From: an uncultured virus (IMG/VR IMGVR_UViG_2061766007_002098)
Lineage: Duplodnaviria > Heunggongvirae > Uroviricota > Caudoviricetes
Reading direction: 5' to 3' (one strand)
Virus record (IMG/VR): IMGVR_UViG_2061766007_002098
Length of the DNA stretch: 57,063 nucleotides
Shown: positions 31,876-43,027 of the stretch, piece by piece
How the letters are laid out: every line of letters begins with the position of its first letter
Position numbering within the stretch: the stretch's first letter is position 1
Program-made: the position numbers and the translations under genes
Notes under the pieces: model-generated
The model's database searches: none
Told to the model about the DNA's origin: nothing
Seen by the model: the letters and a program-made list of their open reading frames with translations, nothing else

Positions 31876-33709
31876 ATGGAAGGTATTTTACAGGCCAACG
31901 GAAACAACGGCTTCGCTCCGATGCCGGAAGAAGACGAAGACATCATCAAGAAATGCAGGGACTTCCTGAAACGCGCAAGCGACAGGTGGTGTTCCGACAT
32001 CGACGACCAGGAACTCGCGCTGGAAGTCGCCGGGGGTAATTTCTGGGGCGTAGGCGAGAACAAGAAACGCTGGGCCATCCTCGACAAAGAAGGCAAAGAC
32101 CTCATCCCGACCATTCCCTACAACAACATCTCGCCGCAGGTGAACGCAATCGCGTCGCCGTTCTCGCGTTCGCCCTTCCACGTGAACCTCGTGGACCGTA
32201 CGGAAGAGAATGGCGGCAAGGTCATTCAGGAGGCCATATCCAGGATCGAGAGTTCCAACAACGCGAAGAACGTGTACCAGCGGGCCTTCACGCGTGGCGT
32301 CACTTGCGCCGCCGGTTACGTGGTCGTAGGCACAAGCCTCGCCGACGGCAAGGTGGTCCCCAGCATCGAGTTCATCGCCGACCAGAAGCAGGTGGCCATC
32401 GACCCCGACTGCATCGACCCCTCGGGCTGCGACGCGGAGGAAGGCGCCATCATCAGCTACATATCCGTCACGAAGGCAAAGCGCGAGTACGGCGAAGACA
32501 TCGTCCCGATGGACTACCCGTCGGGACAGCCGCAGATGTCGTTCGTCGGCATAAAGGCGTGGCAGGACAAGACCGACAAGGTGCAGCTCGTCCGCTACTT
32601 CCGCAAGGTAACGAAGGAATTTCCTGCGCCGGACGCACAGCCCGGAATGCCACCGAAGACGGTAAAGAGGACTTTCGTCCGCATGCACACGATTTGCGGC
32701 GAGCGCGAGGTGCGCAACCCTGTGGACCTCATGACCGACATCATCCCGATAGTCCGTTTCGCGGGCTACACGGACTACAGCTCCGAATACGGCCAGGTCT
32801 ACGTCGGCTACGTGCAGAAGATGATGCCGCAGATCGAGCAGATGAGCGTGGCGCTCACCATGCAGGCGCTCCGCATGCGCCGATGTTCGAACGTCCGCGG
32901 CGTGGTCGGCAAGTCGGCCACGGAAGGCTGCGAAGAATACTTCACGGACTTCGAGAAGGGCTCCGCGATGTGGCTCACCTGGAACGACAAGGCTGGCGCA
33001 CAGCAGCCCCAGCTCGTCAACGACAGCTTCAACACGGCGGACATTTCCGCCGCGCTCCAGGAAGGCCGCCAGACCATGCAGGAATGCTCAGGCGTGAACC
33101 TCTCCGGCCTCGACACCACGCAGCGCACGGCCTACGAGATAATGCAGCAACAGATTAACTCGGAATCCAACGTGCAGGAACTCTACCTGCATGCGGAAGC
33201 CGCCTGTCACGCGCTCGGACGCATCATGCTCGGAATCCTCAACAACGGCGAAGTTCCGCAGTTCACTCTCGAGGGCGGTCCGTCCGTCATTACCGCGAAA
33301 ATGAAAATCCGCTCCGAGATCCAGGCGATAGCCGAGATGGCGGACCCTGCCCACAAGGAACTGTGCGCCATCCGTCTGGCCGAGACAATCGACAGCGACG
33401 TGGCGAAGAACATCGCGCAGGACCTGAAGGCGAACACGGAACTGAAGCTCACGGAAGGCCAGGACATCGGCACGATGATGAATGTCGCCGAGAAGCTGAA
33501 GGCACAGCTCGACGAGGCGATGGAGAAGCTGGACCAGGTGCAGGCCGAGAACAAGGAACTCGAACGCCGCAACTACGAGCTCGAGCTGGCACAGCAGAAC
33601 ATGAAGAGCCAGCAGGACATACAGAACATCCAGTTCCAGCAGCAGATGAAGCTACGCGAGGCGGAACTCGCCGCGAAGAACGTGACCGCCGCAGCGAAGA
33701 TAGCGGCCG
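31876..33709 (+). CDS. P22-like portal protein (3' end in gap)
   Basis: IPYNNISPQVNAI, IDPDC...DAEEG, IPIVRFAG, EGGPSVIT, C-terminal coiled-coil barrel. Confidence 0.88.
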
Positions 33710-33856
33710 NNNNNNNNNNNNNNNNNNNNNNNNNNNNNNNNNNNNNNNNNNNNNNNNNNNNNNNNNNNNNNNNNNNNNNNNNNNNNNNNNNNNNNNNNNN
33801 NNNNNNNNNNNNNNNNNNNNNNNNNNNNNNNNNNNNNNNNNNNNNNNNNNNNNNNN

Positions 33857-34263
33857 TCAGGACAACGACTGGCAAGCATAACGTGTACGAGGCCGACCTT
33901 CAGCACAAGAAAAAGAACCCCGACGGGACTTTCGTCTACGTGGAAGAAACCCGCCCGATTTTCACCAGCAGGAGACGCGGCGAATGGGATATGGGGCCGG
34001 AAACGAAGACCCTTGTGCTCGAAATTCCCGAAAGCGTCTACAAGGGCATGAAACGGACCGACCTGAATCCCGACTATGCTCCCGGCGTGCAGAAGCGCGG
34101 ACTCGGTTTGCCCGAAAAGGTCTACTCGGTGGACCGTGGCGGCAGTGCAGATTTCTTCATGGAAGACCTGCCGCTTGATTACGCCGTGGGCGGCTACATC
34201 GGGAAATCGCGAAAGATGGTCCCGCTGGATTCGTTGCGGCACCTTCTCGAACTTGACAAGTAA
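33857..34263 (+). CDS. 5'-partial ART-like protein
   Basis: PIFTS...LVLEIP...EDLPLDYAV parallels the ART strands of 22966. Confidence 0.45.
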
Positions 34264-34379
34264 CAAGGCTTACGGCCCCGCCTCCCGGCCATAAAGGGTT
34301 GGCGCGACCGTGGCGGGGGCCGGATTCATTCCGGCTCCCGTTTTATTCATAGGTGGATAATTACGAGGAATACTGACCG

Positions 34380-34928
34380 ATGAAATGGCACGTATGGAAC
34401 AACGGCGGCAACAGCGACGGCCCCGGCAACTGGCGGTACGACCCTAGGTACAGGGACGCCCTTGTCCCGCAGGACAAGGCGATGAACGACGAGCACCTTG
34501 CGCAGCTCGAGACCGAGTGGTTCATGACGCACGAGCCGCCTCCGCAGATAATCGGGAACCCTGGAGCAATGAACGCATGGCGTACGGCTGCAAAACGTCA
34601 GGCGAGGGAATGGGCGGTGAAGNNNNNNNNNNNNNNNNNNNCCACCAACGGAATCCCGGCAGACACGCGGCAGCGCCGCACCCCGAGCGGGCAGACGGCG
34701 AACCTCTCGTCTAGCTGGGTGGGCGACTTCACGACGCTCGGCGACACGGGCTGCTACATAGACCTCGGCGGTAAGAAATACTTCTTCAAGAAGTCGGAAG
34801 TCGACGCCGCCACAGGCCCCGGCTCGTTCGCACGCGCTATGTCGGCGCCTTCGATAGGTTCATTCATAGCGAAGAACTGGATAGGAAAGCTGCCTTCCAG
34901 CGTGGTAAACCGCGGAAAGAAAAAGTAA
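34380..34928 (+). CDS. protein with a C-terminal KTSC-like domain
   Basis: LSSSWVG...AMSAPSIGSFIAKNWIGK. Confidence 0.55.
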   Translation: MKWHVWNNGGNSDGPGNWRYDPRYRDALVPQDKAMNDEHLAQLETEWFMTHEPPPQIIGNPGAMNAWRTAAKRQAREWAVKXXXXXXXTNGIPADTRQRRTPSGQTANLSSSWVGDFTTLGDTGCYIDLGGKKYFFKKSEVDAATGPGSFARAMSAPSIGSFIAKNWIGKLPSSVVNRGKKK

Positions 34929-34942
34929 GGGGATAGACACAC

Positions 34943-35863
34943 ATGAGAGTAAAGGAACTTCTTTTGCAGGCCCTTTCTAGGGCCAACCACATCGAGGACG
35001 GGACACCGGCGGAAGCGCGCGAGCTCGCCAAGGCGCGCAACCACTTCGCTAGCGCACTGTCGAAGTATTCGTCTTCGAACCTCATCACGGCCTTCCAGAA
35101 GATATGCGAAATCGAGTATGCCGAAAAGCAGGTCATAGGGTCGTACAACCTGAAGCGCGGCAAGGTAATGCACGATGTCAAGACCAGCGAAAATCTCCCG
35201 CCGCCTTCGAAGATGATCCCCGACAAGGACTATGCCTACGTAGAAGACATCAACATGTACTACTACTGCTACACGCGCATGGTAGAAGAGACGCCGGTCA
35301 ATGACTGGGCTCCAGGTGCAACTAGCGGTACGAGGGAACACAAACTTGAATCGCTCGGATGCTGCGACTTTGTTCCCGACAAGTTCGTTCCCGACATGGA
35401 ACGCGTCATGGCATGCCTATGCCGCCTGAAGGGACAGAACGGGCCGTTCGATCGCATGGACTTCGTGCCGCTCGTAAACTTCTATTCCGACGACCGCAAA
35501 ATGATATACAGCGTTTCTCCGGCAGGAGAAAACAAGGTCGAGCTGTTGCTTCCTCCCGGACTCGAGAACTACGACTTCAAGGCCGTGTACTACACGAAGA
35601 TGGACTTCAAGGACGACGACTACATCGAGCTCCCGCAGGCATACAAGGAACTTCTCACGCTCGCCGTGACGGTGGGGCTCCTGTCGGAAGACGCTGATTC
35701 CGACCCGAAGCAGCTCAACAACTACTCCGCGCAGCTCACTTCCATGGAAGACCTTATCGGTGCCAACAACGTGACTACGCGCAGGCTTACGCGCGAACCG
35801 GACGGGAATTGCCTTGATTCGCTCCATACTGGGGCGTTCATCCGCAGGAGGTTCGGCCGTTGA
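34943..35863 (+). CDS. head-tail adaptor (P22 gp4-like)
   Basis: MRVKELLLQALSRANHIEDG...; IELPQAYKELLTLAVTVGL; lies upstream of the gp10-like gene. Confidence 0.7.
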   Translation: MRVKELLLQALSRANHIEDGTPAEARELAKARNHFASALSKYSSSNLITAFQKICEIEYAEKQVIGSYNLKRGKVMHDVKTSENLPPPSKMIPDKDYAYVEDINMYYYCYTRMVEETPVNDWAPGATSGTREHKLESLGCCDFVPDKFVPDMERVMACLCRLKGQNGPFDRMDFVPLVNFYSDDRKMIYSVSPAGENKVELLLPPGLENYDFKAVYYTKMDFKDDDYIELPQAYKELLTLAVTVGLLSEDADSDPKQLNNYSAQLTSMEDLIGANNVTTRRLTREPDGNCLDSLHTGAFIRRRFGR

Positions 35864-37368
35864 GCTTCGTATCGAACATAGTAGGATTCACGCGCAAGAG
35901 CTCGCTGCCGAAGCTAGGCAAGAGCGACACTTACAACATGTATGTGGAGACGAAGGACTCGAACGAGTTCGGCTTCACGACCATACTACGCCCGATGCCA
36001 GGTTACGAGCAGNNNNNNNNNNNNNNNNNNNNNNNNNNNNNNNNNNNNNNNNNNNNNNNNNNNNCCGTCTATGGCGTGTGGGGAAAGAAGCTCTACCTTC
36101 TTATCGAGAAGAACGGGACTGTGGTCCCATACTTCATAGGCAACATAGCCGGAAGTGCCCAGGTTTCCTGGGCCGAGATAGTGAGCTACGACGAGAGCTC
36201 GCCGAACCTGGTGCTGTGCGACGGCGTGAACGTGTATGTCGTCAACACTGACCTGAACCCGGTACGACAGAAGCAGGACTTCGCGAAGCGCGGCCCTCTC
36301 ACGATGCCATACAAGTATTCGAGGGTAGGAACCACCGACGAGAGGATAACTCCGTCGTGGGTCGCCTACATGTACGGCTACCTCATCGTCGGGGCGAAGG
36401 GGACGGACGCGTTCTACCACTCCGTTCAATACCCGTTCGAGAGCAAGCCGGTAAACGACCCGATGGACCTTGTGGCCACCGAGGGAATGGGACANNNNNN
36501 NNNNNNNNNNNNNNNNNNNNNNNNNNNNNNNNTCGGCACGCGGTCGTTCCAGATATTCACATACCAGAACAGCACCACGATGCCGTTCTCGTCACCGGAC
36601 ACTGCCGCGCAGAACATCGGCATCAAGAACGCGCACTCCTTGCAGATGTACGGAGACGAGGTGTTCTGGCTCGGTTCGTCCACGATGGGCGACGGCATGG
36701 TCGTGTCGATGAACTCGGCGGGCTCACCGAAGCGAATCTCGACCGACGAGATCGAGGAGATGATAGCTGGCTACAATACGGGCGTTTGCAGGTCGTTCGT
36801 GATGAAGTGGCGTTCGCACCCGTTCTATGTGTTGAGCTTCCCCGAAGACGGAGTTACGCTTTGCTACGACATCCGCGAGCAGGGGTGGACGCGTCTAGGA
36901 TCCATGACGGGAGAAGGCTCCGAACAGTGCTTCCGCTATTCCAACGCGGTTCTTTCGCACGGCGGTTCGCTGCTGATGCAGGCGGACGGCGTTCTCGTGA
37001 AGGCGACGGACGAAAAGTGGACCGAACACGACGGCAGCCCTATGCTCCGCAAGCGCGTGGGCGGTATTTTGAGCAGCGACAACAGGCCGTTCAAGGTTGG
37101 CGCTATAAAGCTAATCACGAACAACGGCGACTACAAGACGGTGCTGGACCACGCCCCTGTGATACTGCTCCGGTATTCGGGCGACGGCGGCGCGACGTGG
37201 AAGAACTCCAGCACGCGGTCGCTAGGCAACGCTGGACGCTACGACTTTGACACCGTTTTCCGCAACCTCGGCAAGGTGCGCTACCTTACCGTTGAGGTAG
37301 GGACGTCAGAAAATGTGGGGTTCGCCATATACGGACTTGACGTGGCCGGAGTGACGTGCGCCAAGTAG
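35860..37368 (+). CDS. packaged-DNA stabilization/tail hub protein (P22 gp10-like)
   Basis: VFWLG, RISTDEIE, HPFYVLSFP..TLCYD, LRYSGDGGATW, LGNAGRY. Confidence 0.88.
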   Translation: MSFVSNIVGFTRKSSLPKLGKSDTYNMYVETKDSNEFGFTTILRPMPGYEQXXXXXXXXXXXXXXXXXXVYGVWGKKLYLLIEKNGTVVPYFIGNIAGSAQVSWAEIVSYDESSPNLVLCDGVNVYVVNTDLNPVRQKQDFAKRGPLTMPYKYSRVGTTDERITPSWVAYMYGYLIVGAKGTDAFYHSVQYPFESKPVNDPMDLVATEGMGXXXXXXXXXXXXXXGTRSFQIFTYQNSTTMPFSSPDTAAQNIGIKNAHSLQMYGDEVFWLGSSTMGDGMVVSMNSAGSPKRISTDEIEEMIAGYNTGVCRSFVMKWRSHPFYVLSFPEDGVTLCYDIREQGWTRLGSMTGEGSEQCFRYSNAVLSHGGSLLMQADGVLVKATDEKWTEHDGSPMLRKRVGGILSSDNRPFKVGAIKLITNNGDYKTVLDHAPVILLRYSGDGGATWKNSSTRSLGNAGRYDFDTVFRNLGKVRYLTVEVGTSENVGFAIYGLDVAGVTCAK

Positions 37369-37401
37369 TTTTATTCATAGGTAAAAAAAAGGAATTGAAA
37401 G

Positions 37402-38070
37402 ATGATCGACGCTATAGCAACTGGAGTTGGCGGGCTTCTTTCCGCCGGAATCAACGCATACGGCGCGGCGCAGGAGCGCAAGGCGGCAGACAGCCGCCGC
37501 AAGCAGGCCAGCAAGCAGATTGACGCGTGGCAGGCGGAGGCCGAACGCATCCTTGCCGAATCAGAAGGCAACAAGGTCCAGCTATCTGACCCGTCGGCGG
37601 TAAGCACATACAAGACACTCCGCGACAGCTACGACCCGTCGTCGTTCGTTTTAGAACCGGAAAAGTTCGACAAGAGCAAGTATTCCGTCGAGGACTACCT
37701 TAACCCGGCCAAGGACGCAGTCCTGTCCGACATCAGGAAACAGGTGCTGGCTTCGGCTGCGGGTGCGGCCATGGGCCACTCTTCCGGTGCGGCCACGGCA
37801 ATCGGCAACGCGGTCCTGGACAAGTCCGAACAGCTCTACAACGACGCCTACAACCGCATGAAGGAGGAACGCTCCTTCGACTACGGCGCATACACCGACT
37901 ACATCAACCAGCAGCAGAAGAGACTCGATTCCATGCAGCAGGGCTACAGGACGCAGCTCGAAACGCTCCGCGGCGACATCCAGTTCGACCAGCAGCAGGC
38001 GGACGCGACCTTGGCGAACAGGCTCTCGCTGGGCAATACCGTCGCGCAGAGCCGCGCGCAGCTCGTATAG
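37402..38070 (+). CDS. DNA ejection/transfer protein (gp7-like)
   Basis: Gly/Ala-rich N-terminus; SAAGAAMGHSSGAATAI; position after gp10. Confidence 0.7.
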   Translation: MIDAIATGVGGLLSAGINAYGAAQERKAADSRRKQASKQIDAWQAEAERILAESEGNKVQLSDPSAVSTYKTLRDSYDPSSFVLEPEKFDKSKYSVEDYLNPAKDAVLSDIRKQVLASAAGAAMGHSSGAATAIGNAVLDKSEQLYNDAYNRMKEERSFDYGAYTDYINQQQKRLDSMQQGYRTQLETLRGDIQFDQQQADATLANRLSLGNTVAQSRAQLV

Positions 38071-38082
38071 GAGAAATTGAAA

Positions 38083-38958
38083 ATGGCAACACCGATGAAT
38101 TTCCAGACACTCAATTTCGGGGACATTCCCGGCCAAAAGCGCGACGCCAACAGGCGATTCTACGACAGCCTCGGCTCGATAGGAGGCGTGGTCGCCAACA
38201 CCGGCACCAAGGTTGACGAATACCTTCAGCGCAAGCAGAAGCAGGAACAGGACAAGAAGCAGTGGGACAACATGATCGCCCAGCAGGAATACCAGAAACA
38301 GAAGGACCGTCTTGCTCGTGAATACCAGGAAACCCGCGACGCCATCAATGACGAACGATATGATGAAGAATGGCTTCAGAAGATGGAAGAAACCAACCTC
38401 GCGAATCAGCAGAGAACGGACAACCGTGCGGCTCTCGAGCAGTATCAGAAAAGCGTACGTGAGGCGTACACACCAGAATTCCTTGAAAAATACGGTCCGA
38501 CCGCAAAGGCTAATTACGCTGCCGTCATGGCTTCGAAAACTTACGAAGATGCTGTTAAGAATGGGGCGGCTCTCGGTCAGGGTATCTACCAGCAGGACAT
38601 GATGGACTTCCAGCGCGAACAGAACACCGAGGCGGGCCGACAGAAGAACATCGCGAACGTCGTCAACGACGTCGAAACGACCCTTTCTAAGGCTGGAATC
38701 AGGGGCGGTTACGTACCTAAAAAAGCGAACGACAAGAGACAGTTTGTAGTGGACAACGACGCCGTCCAGGAACAGATAGCCGTTATCGACGAACAGCTCA
38801 AGAAGCTGGACGGTCTAGAATACAACAACAAGGATAGCAACATGCTGAGAAGCAACCTCTTGAGCTATAGAGAGTCCCTCATCAGGGCCATGAACGGAAC
38901 CCCCCCCTCCGATTACGAGATCCTTGCCGCCGCCCTGAAGGCTTTGGACGCCAGGTAG
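38083..38958 (+). CDS. putative ejection protein (gp20-like)
   Basis: Gln-rich helical protein in the ejection cluster. Confidence 0.55.
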   Translation: MATPMNFQTLNFGDIPGQKRDANRRFYDSLGSIGGVVANTGTKVDEYLQRKQKQEQDKKQWDNMIAQQEYQKQKDRLAREYQETRDAINDERYDEEWLQKMEETNLANQQRTDNRAALEQYQKSVREAYTPEFLEKYGPTAKANYAAVMASKTYEDAVKNGAALGQGIYQQDMMDFQREQNTEAGRQKNIANVVNDVETTLSKAGIRGGYVPKKANDKRQFVVDNDAVQEQIAVIDEQLKKLDGLEYNNKDSNMLRSNLLSYRESLIRAMNGTPPSDYEILAAALKALDAR

Positions 38959-38980
38959 ACATCGGCATGCCGTTTCGCCG

Positions 38981-39013
38981 AAGGCCGTGGACCAGTGGTC
39001 CCTGGCCTTTTTT
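38981..39013 (+). terminator. terminator overlapping the late motif
   Basis: AAGGCC..GGACCA-G-TGGTCC..GGCCTT followed by a T run. Confidence 0.65.
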
Positions 39014-39040
39014 ATTCATAGGTGAAATTAAGAGGTAATC

Positions 39041-40717
39041 ATGGCTCAATCAAACAAGTTCCGCGAGGAGGCCAACGGCATCTCCAGAAGCCTCAATATC
39101 GGCCCTGTTGTCGAATGGCTGGCAAAGACCGGAAAGGGTGAAGAAACTATCCGTTATATCAGGCAGATGTACGATTCGCAGAATCAGCGAGACTTCAACA
39201 AGGCCAAAATGCTGTTGAAGAAGAACGTTTTCCAGCCGCTATTCGACGAGGTCGTGGTACCGAAGGGCGACGAGGCCATAGACCTGTTCCTCAAGATGAA
39301 TCCGATCATGAACTTCTACGGCGACCGGAAGCTCGGAACCTACGACGAGATGAAGAAGAACGAGCACTTCGTGAACTCGAAGTATTCCTACGACGAGGAA
39401 AAGGACGGGAAGAGCGAACGCAAGGTCCCGATTCTCCGTATCATCGAAGACAACGGCGAGCTCCGCCGTATAGCAAGGAATCTCGACGTGTCCCCGCAGG
39501 ACCTCAAGTCGCACATCATGGCCGAGTGGGAGAAGAAGAAGGCTGCTAACTTCGCCAAGTTCTCCAGTGAGGAGAAGGCGAGGCTGCTCAAGGAAAGAAA
39601 GAAAATCGTCAAGGAGTACGACGCTAACTTCTGGAGCGGCGTCCTGCGGACCGTGGCTCCCGAACTATATGCAGGCATGAGGCACGACATCGCCAACGGC
39701 GGCAGCGAGGCCGGAACCATGGCGTCATTCGACGTCCCAGTGCTCGGGAAGTTCGACATCCCGAGCCCAGCATACGCTTGGGAGCACAAGAAGGACATCG
39801 CGCTTGACGCGGCGGCTAACGTGGCCATAGCGTCGGCCCCGTACCTTGGCGGGCCGATCCGCACGGGCTTGGCCGTCACCGGAGGGGAGCTCGCTCGGCT
39901 TGCAGGAAGCTCGTACTATCCGGTCGACGCCGAAAACGTCCAGATGGCGATGCTGTCCGGGATGGCGGCTGGGACAATCCCGGCGGCAGTAGGCCGCGTC
40001 CTCGGCGGGATCTCGAAAATGGGAGGCTCGTTCAGGCGTGCCGCGATGCGCAAGCTGAGGAGCATCAGGAGAGGGGAGGAACTGCCCTCCGTAGCCGAGA
40101 AGACGAACATCGACGACGCAGTGGACAGGATTTCCGAAGCCGTCCGAAGGGTCGGTAACGTCGACAATACCGTCCGCACTGTGAACACGGACAACGCCAT
40201 CGACGAGCTGACGAAGAAACTTAACTCGTCTCCGAAGGCCGTGATGGACGGGAAGGTGTTCGAGAGGGACGAGGTGAAGGCCATGCTCATGTCCAACGAC
40301 GGGACGAACGCGGTGAAGGGCTACCTTACTGCCCCGTCCAAGGACTCCTACACGAAGTGGGTGAACATCGAGAAGTCGCTGCCTGAAGGCGACCCCGAAC
40401 GATCGAGGGCTACCGCCGCATTGAACAGCGCCAACGAGCTCTTCCCTGCCGCGGTCGAAGAAATCACCTACCTGGAACCTGTCGGCAGCGGACGCGCCGA
40501 CAAGGTTATAGACAAGGGCGTCAGCTTCATCGGCGACTTTGCGACAAAGTACGGCTCCATAGCGGAACCAGCCGCGGTCCGCAAGGGATACCACGAGGGA
40601 ATCGGCCCTTACGAATGGTCGTATCCAGGAATCGTCGAGGACTGGAAGAAGAACGGCGTCAACGCCGCGGACCCGCTCGCGGAGGCGTTCAACGAACGTT
40701 ACGGGGAGGGCAACTAG
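39041..40717 (+). CDS. putative ejection protein (gp16-like)
   Basis: Gly/Ala hydrophobic central segment; third gene of the ejection cluster. Confidence 0.55.
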   Translation: MAQSNKFREEANGISRSLNIGPVVEWLAKTGKGEETIRYIRQMYDSQNQRDFNKAKMLLKKNVFQPLFDEVVVPKGDEAIDLFLKMNPIMNFYGDRKLGTYDEMKKNEHFVNSKYSYDEEKDGKSERKVPILRIIEDNGELRRIARNLDVSPQDLKSHIMAEWEKKKAANFAKFSSEEKARLLKERKKIVKEYDANFWSGVLRTVAPELYAGMRHDIANGGSEAGTMASFDVPVLGKFDIPSPAYAWEHKKDIALDAAANVAIASAPYLGGPIRTGLAVTGGELARLAGSSYYPVDAENVQMAMLSGMAAGTIPAAVGRVLGGISKMGGSFRRAAMRKLRSIRRGEELPSVAEKTNIDDAVDRISEAVRRVGNVDNTVRTVNTDNAIDELTKKLNSSPKAVMDGKVFERDEVKAMLMSNDGTNAVKGYLTAPSKDSYTKWVNIEKSLPEGDPERSRATAALNSANELFPAAVEEITYLEPVGSGRADKVIDKGVSFIGDFATKYGSIAEPAAVRKGYHEGIGPYEWSYPGIVEDWKKNGVNAADPLAEAFNERYGEGN

Positions 40718-40720
40718 GGC

Positions 40721-43027
40721 ATGAGACAGCTTACACCTTTCGTATCCTACCTTGAAAACAATGGACTGCCGCTGGTTGGCAGGCTCCGTTTCTGCAATAT
40801 GGACGGCTCGCCAGCGCAGGTGTTCGAGTCCGACGGCGTGACCTCGCTCGGGACCGTCGTGTTCACGGATTCGTCGGGTAGACCGACTCCGCAGCCGTTC
40901 CTCGAGGACCACGACTACCTGATATTCTTCGACAAGTATGTCGGCATCAACACGATGACCGAGGACACCGAGGAGGATAGCTGGAGAGAACAGGGGAGCG
41001 CCATAGACCGCTACAACACGCTCGGCGTGGAACTCGAAGCGCAGTGCTACAGGACAATCGACAAGATGGTTGACCTTCGATACGCAAGCCCGATTTCCGA
41101 AGACGAGATGGTGATGTTGCTCGGCTACAGCTCGAAGTTCGACAAGGAGCCCATCTTCTACCGCTGGGACCCGAATTCGGACGAGACGGACAACGGCGGC
41201 TCGGTAATACAGAGGTTTGGCTCCGTTCACGGTAGATGGGTTATAACTGAATGCCCGCGCTATCTCGACGTGCGGCACTTCGGCGCGTTCCCGATGCAGG
41301 GAATCGAGGCCAACTCATCGCAGCGCTACCGCATACAGCTCGCTTCCATCTACGCACATTCTGAAGGCAAGGGGCTCTTCTTCGCCGCGAACGGCGAGGA
41401 ATCCTACTACGACATTTCCAACCTCGAACTTTACGACGTGGATTGCGACGCCAACGCAAGGGTGTTCGCGGTTGACGGCAACAACTCCACGACCATCACC
41501 GGGATCAAGTGCATCTACTGTGCCTCCGACGACGGGTGCGACGGGACAATCAGCCTCGTAGACGATACGGTCCGCACTTCGTGGGAGGGCGACTCCCGCC
41601 ACGTGCACCTTGTGCCTACGCGCAAGCTCATCATGGATAGCGTCCTGATGGCGGCGACACCTCCGTCGTTCTACGAGGTCGGCGTTGACATCGCCGTCTA
41701 CAGCTACGTTACGCTTGACAGATGCTCCATCGAGTGCAATGGCAAGATAACCGGCCCGATAAAGTTGAGGAACTGCGAGGTGAAGGCCTCTTGGTTCGTT
41801 GACGGATACGACTGGGACGACCTCGTGAGCGAGGACAACATCCTGCTAATCGACAACCTGGGCAGTGCCGACACGTATGTCAGGCTGAAGAACATGCAGG
41901 AGGAGGCCGACTACGGCGACCTCCGCGAAGAGACGCTTACGGGAGCGACGCTTCTTTCCGGTTGCGTCGTGGATAACGCCGTTCTCGACGGCTGCACCGT
42001 TAGCGGTTCCGCCGAGTTCCACAACGTGTCGGGATCTGTTACAATAACTGCAAGCGGCCAAGGCGACATGCTGTGGTTCGATAGCTTTATCGAGGTAACG
42101 AATACAGCCAATTTCTCCATAACGTCGTTGACGCTCTTGCGCGGCTCTATCAGCGGAAGCAAGATAATGACGACTACGGGGGACCTCCGTGTCGAGGATT
42201 CCGTGGTGTCTTTGCAGTTGTACGTAGGCGGTGACATAGTAGCCTACAGGAACACCATCAACTCTGATATAAATCATAACTCTACGGCGCTGACAGTGAG
42301 AGAACAGTTCATCGGAAACACGTTCAATGCCGTATTGCGCATTGACCCGTCGAACTTAGGTCCTGCTACAGTAGACGCCAGGTGGATAGGAAACTACGGC
42401 ACCGTATCTGAATCTTATGCTTCAGGACCGATTGCCATCAACCGTGCAAAAATAGACCCAGACGACGCGGAACACAACTATGTCTATCGCGACAATGGCG
42501 GCACGTTCCTTCCCGACATAACGGAGTGCAAGAGGGTTCATCTGACTGTTCACATGGTCGTAAATGCGGCAGATTCAAGAACGGAAAGTATTGTTCGTCG
42601 AGACGAAACGCTTGCCCTTATATGCCCGGTAACTGTAGGCTCCGATAACGGATACACTAACGCTGGTGTTTACAACTACGGCGGAAACTACTTCGACACG
42701 GTGAAATTCTTCAGGGTCGGCACCAGCGCGTTCCGCGTCAATGCCGACATAACTATGCTTGCACGAAAATCACCGTATTCCCAAATGGTAACACCAGTAA
42801 AGCAGGTTCTAGGCGCCGAGTTCGTGTCGGGTCACTCTTTTAGGCTTAAAACGCCTCTGAATGGGGAATGGAACGGTTCTAATAAGGCTCTTTCTTCGTT
42901 CCCGTCGATGTACTCGACGGTTATGTTGCAAGGATTTGAATCTATGGAGGCATCCCAATCGTCTCTTCCGGAAGACATTACGTTTGATGCCGAAATCCGC
43001 TACGAGGCGCTTGACAGGCACCTTTAG
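40721..43027 (+). CDS. tailspike with P22-like head-binding domain
   Basis: NNGLPLVGRLRF...TDSSGRP; DNGGSVI..GRW; YLDVRHFGA; beta-helix-like body. Confidence 0.8.
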   Translation: MRQLTPFVSYLENNGLPLVGRLRFCNMDGSPAQVFESDGVTSLGTVVFTDSSGRPTPQPFLEDHDYLIFFDKYVGINTMTEDTEEDSWREQGSAIDRYNTLGVELEAQCYRTIDKMVDLRYASPISEDEMVMLLGYSSKFDKEPIFYRWDPNSDETDNGGSVIQRFGSVHGRWVITECPRYLDVRHFGAFPMQGIEANSSQRYRIQLASIYAHSEGKGLFFAANGEESYYDISNLELYDVDCDANARVFAVDGNNSTTITGIKCIYCASDDGCDGTISLVDDTVRTSWEGDSRHVHLVPTRKLIMDSVLMAATPPSFYEVGVDIAVYSYVTLDRCSIECNGKITGPIKLRNCEVKASWFVDGYDWDDLVSEDNILLIDNLGSADTYVRLKNMQEEADYGDLREETLTGATLLSGCVVDNAVLDGCTVSGSAEFHNVSGSVTITASGQGDMLWFDSFIEVTNTANFSITSLTLLRGSISGSKIMTTTGDLRVEDSVVSLQLYVGGDIVAYRNTINSDINHNSTALTVREQFIGNTFNAVLRIDPSNLGPATVDARWIGNYGTVSESYASGPIAINRAKIDPDDAEHNYVYRDNGGTFLPDITECKRVHLTVHMVVNAADSRTESIVRRDETLALICPVTVGSDNGYTNAGVYNYGGNYFDTVKFFRVGTSAFRVNADITMLARKSPYSQMVTPVKQVLGAEFVSGHSFRLKTPLNGEWNGSNKALSSFPSMYSTVMLQGFESMEASQSSLPEDITFDAEIRYEALDRHL

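Noticed and set aside
31876..34263. 795-aa portal fused to an extra domain
   Set aside because: The fusion exists only by reading through the N gap at 33710-33856
39725..41278. Long antisense ORF (517 aa) and similar shadow ORFs
   Set aside because: Shadow frames of GC3-rich genes on the opposite strand, with no recognisable motifs
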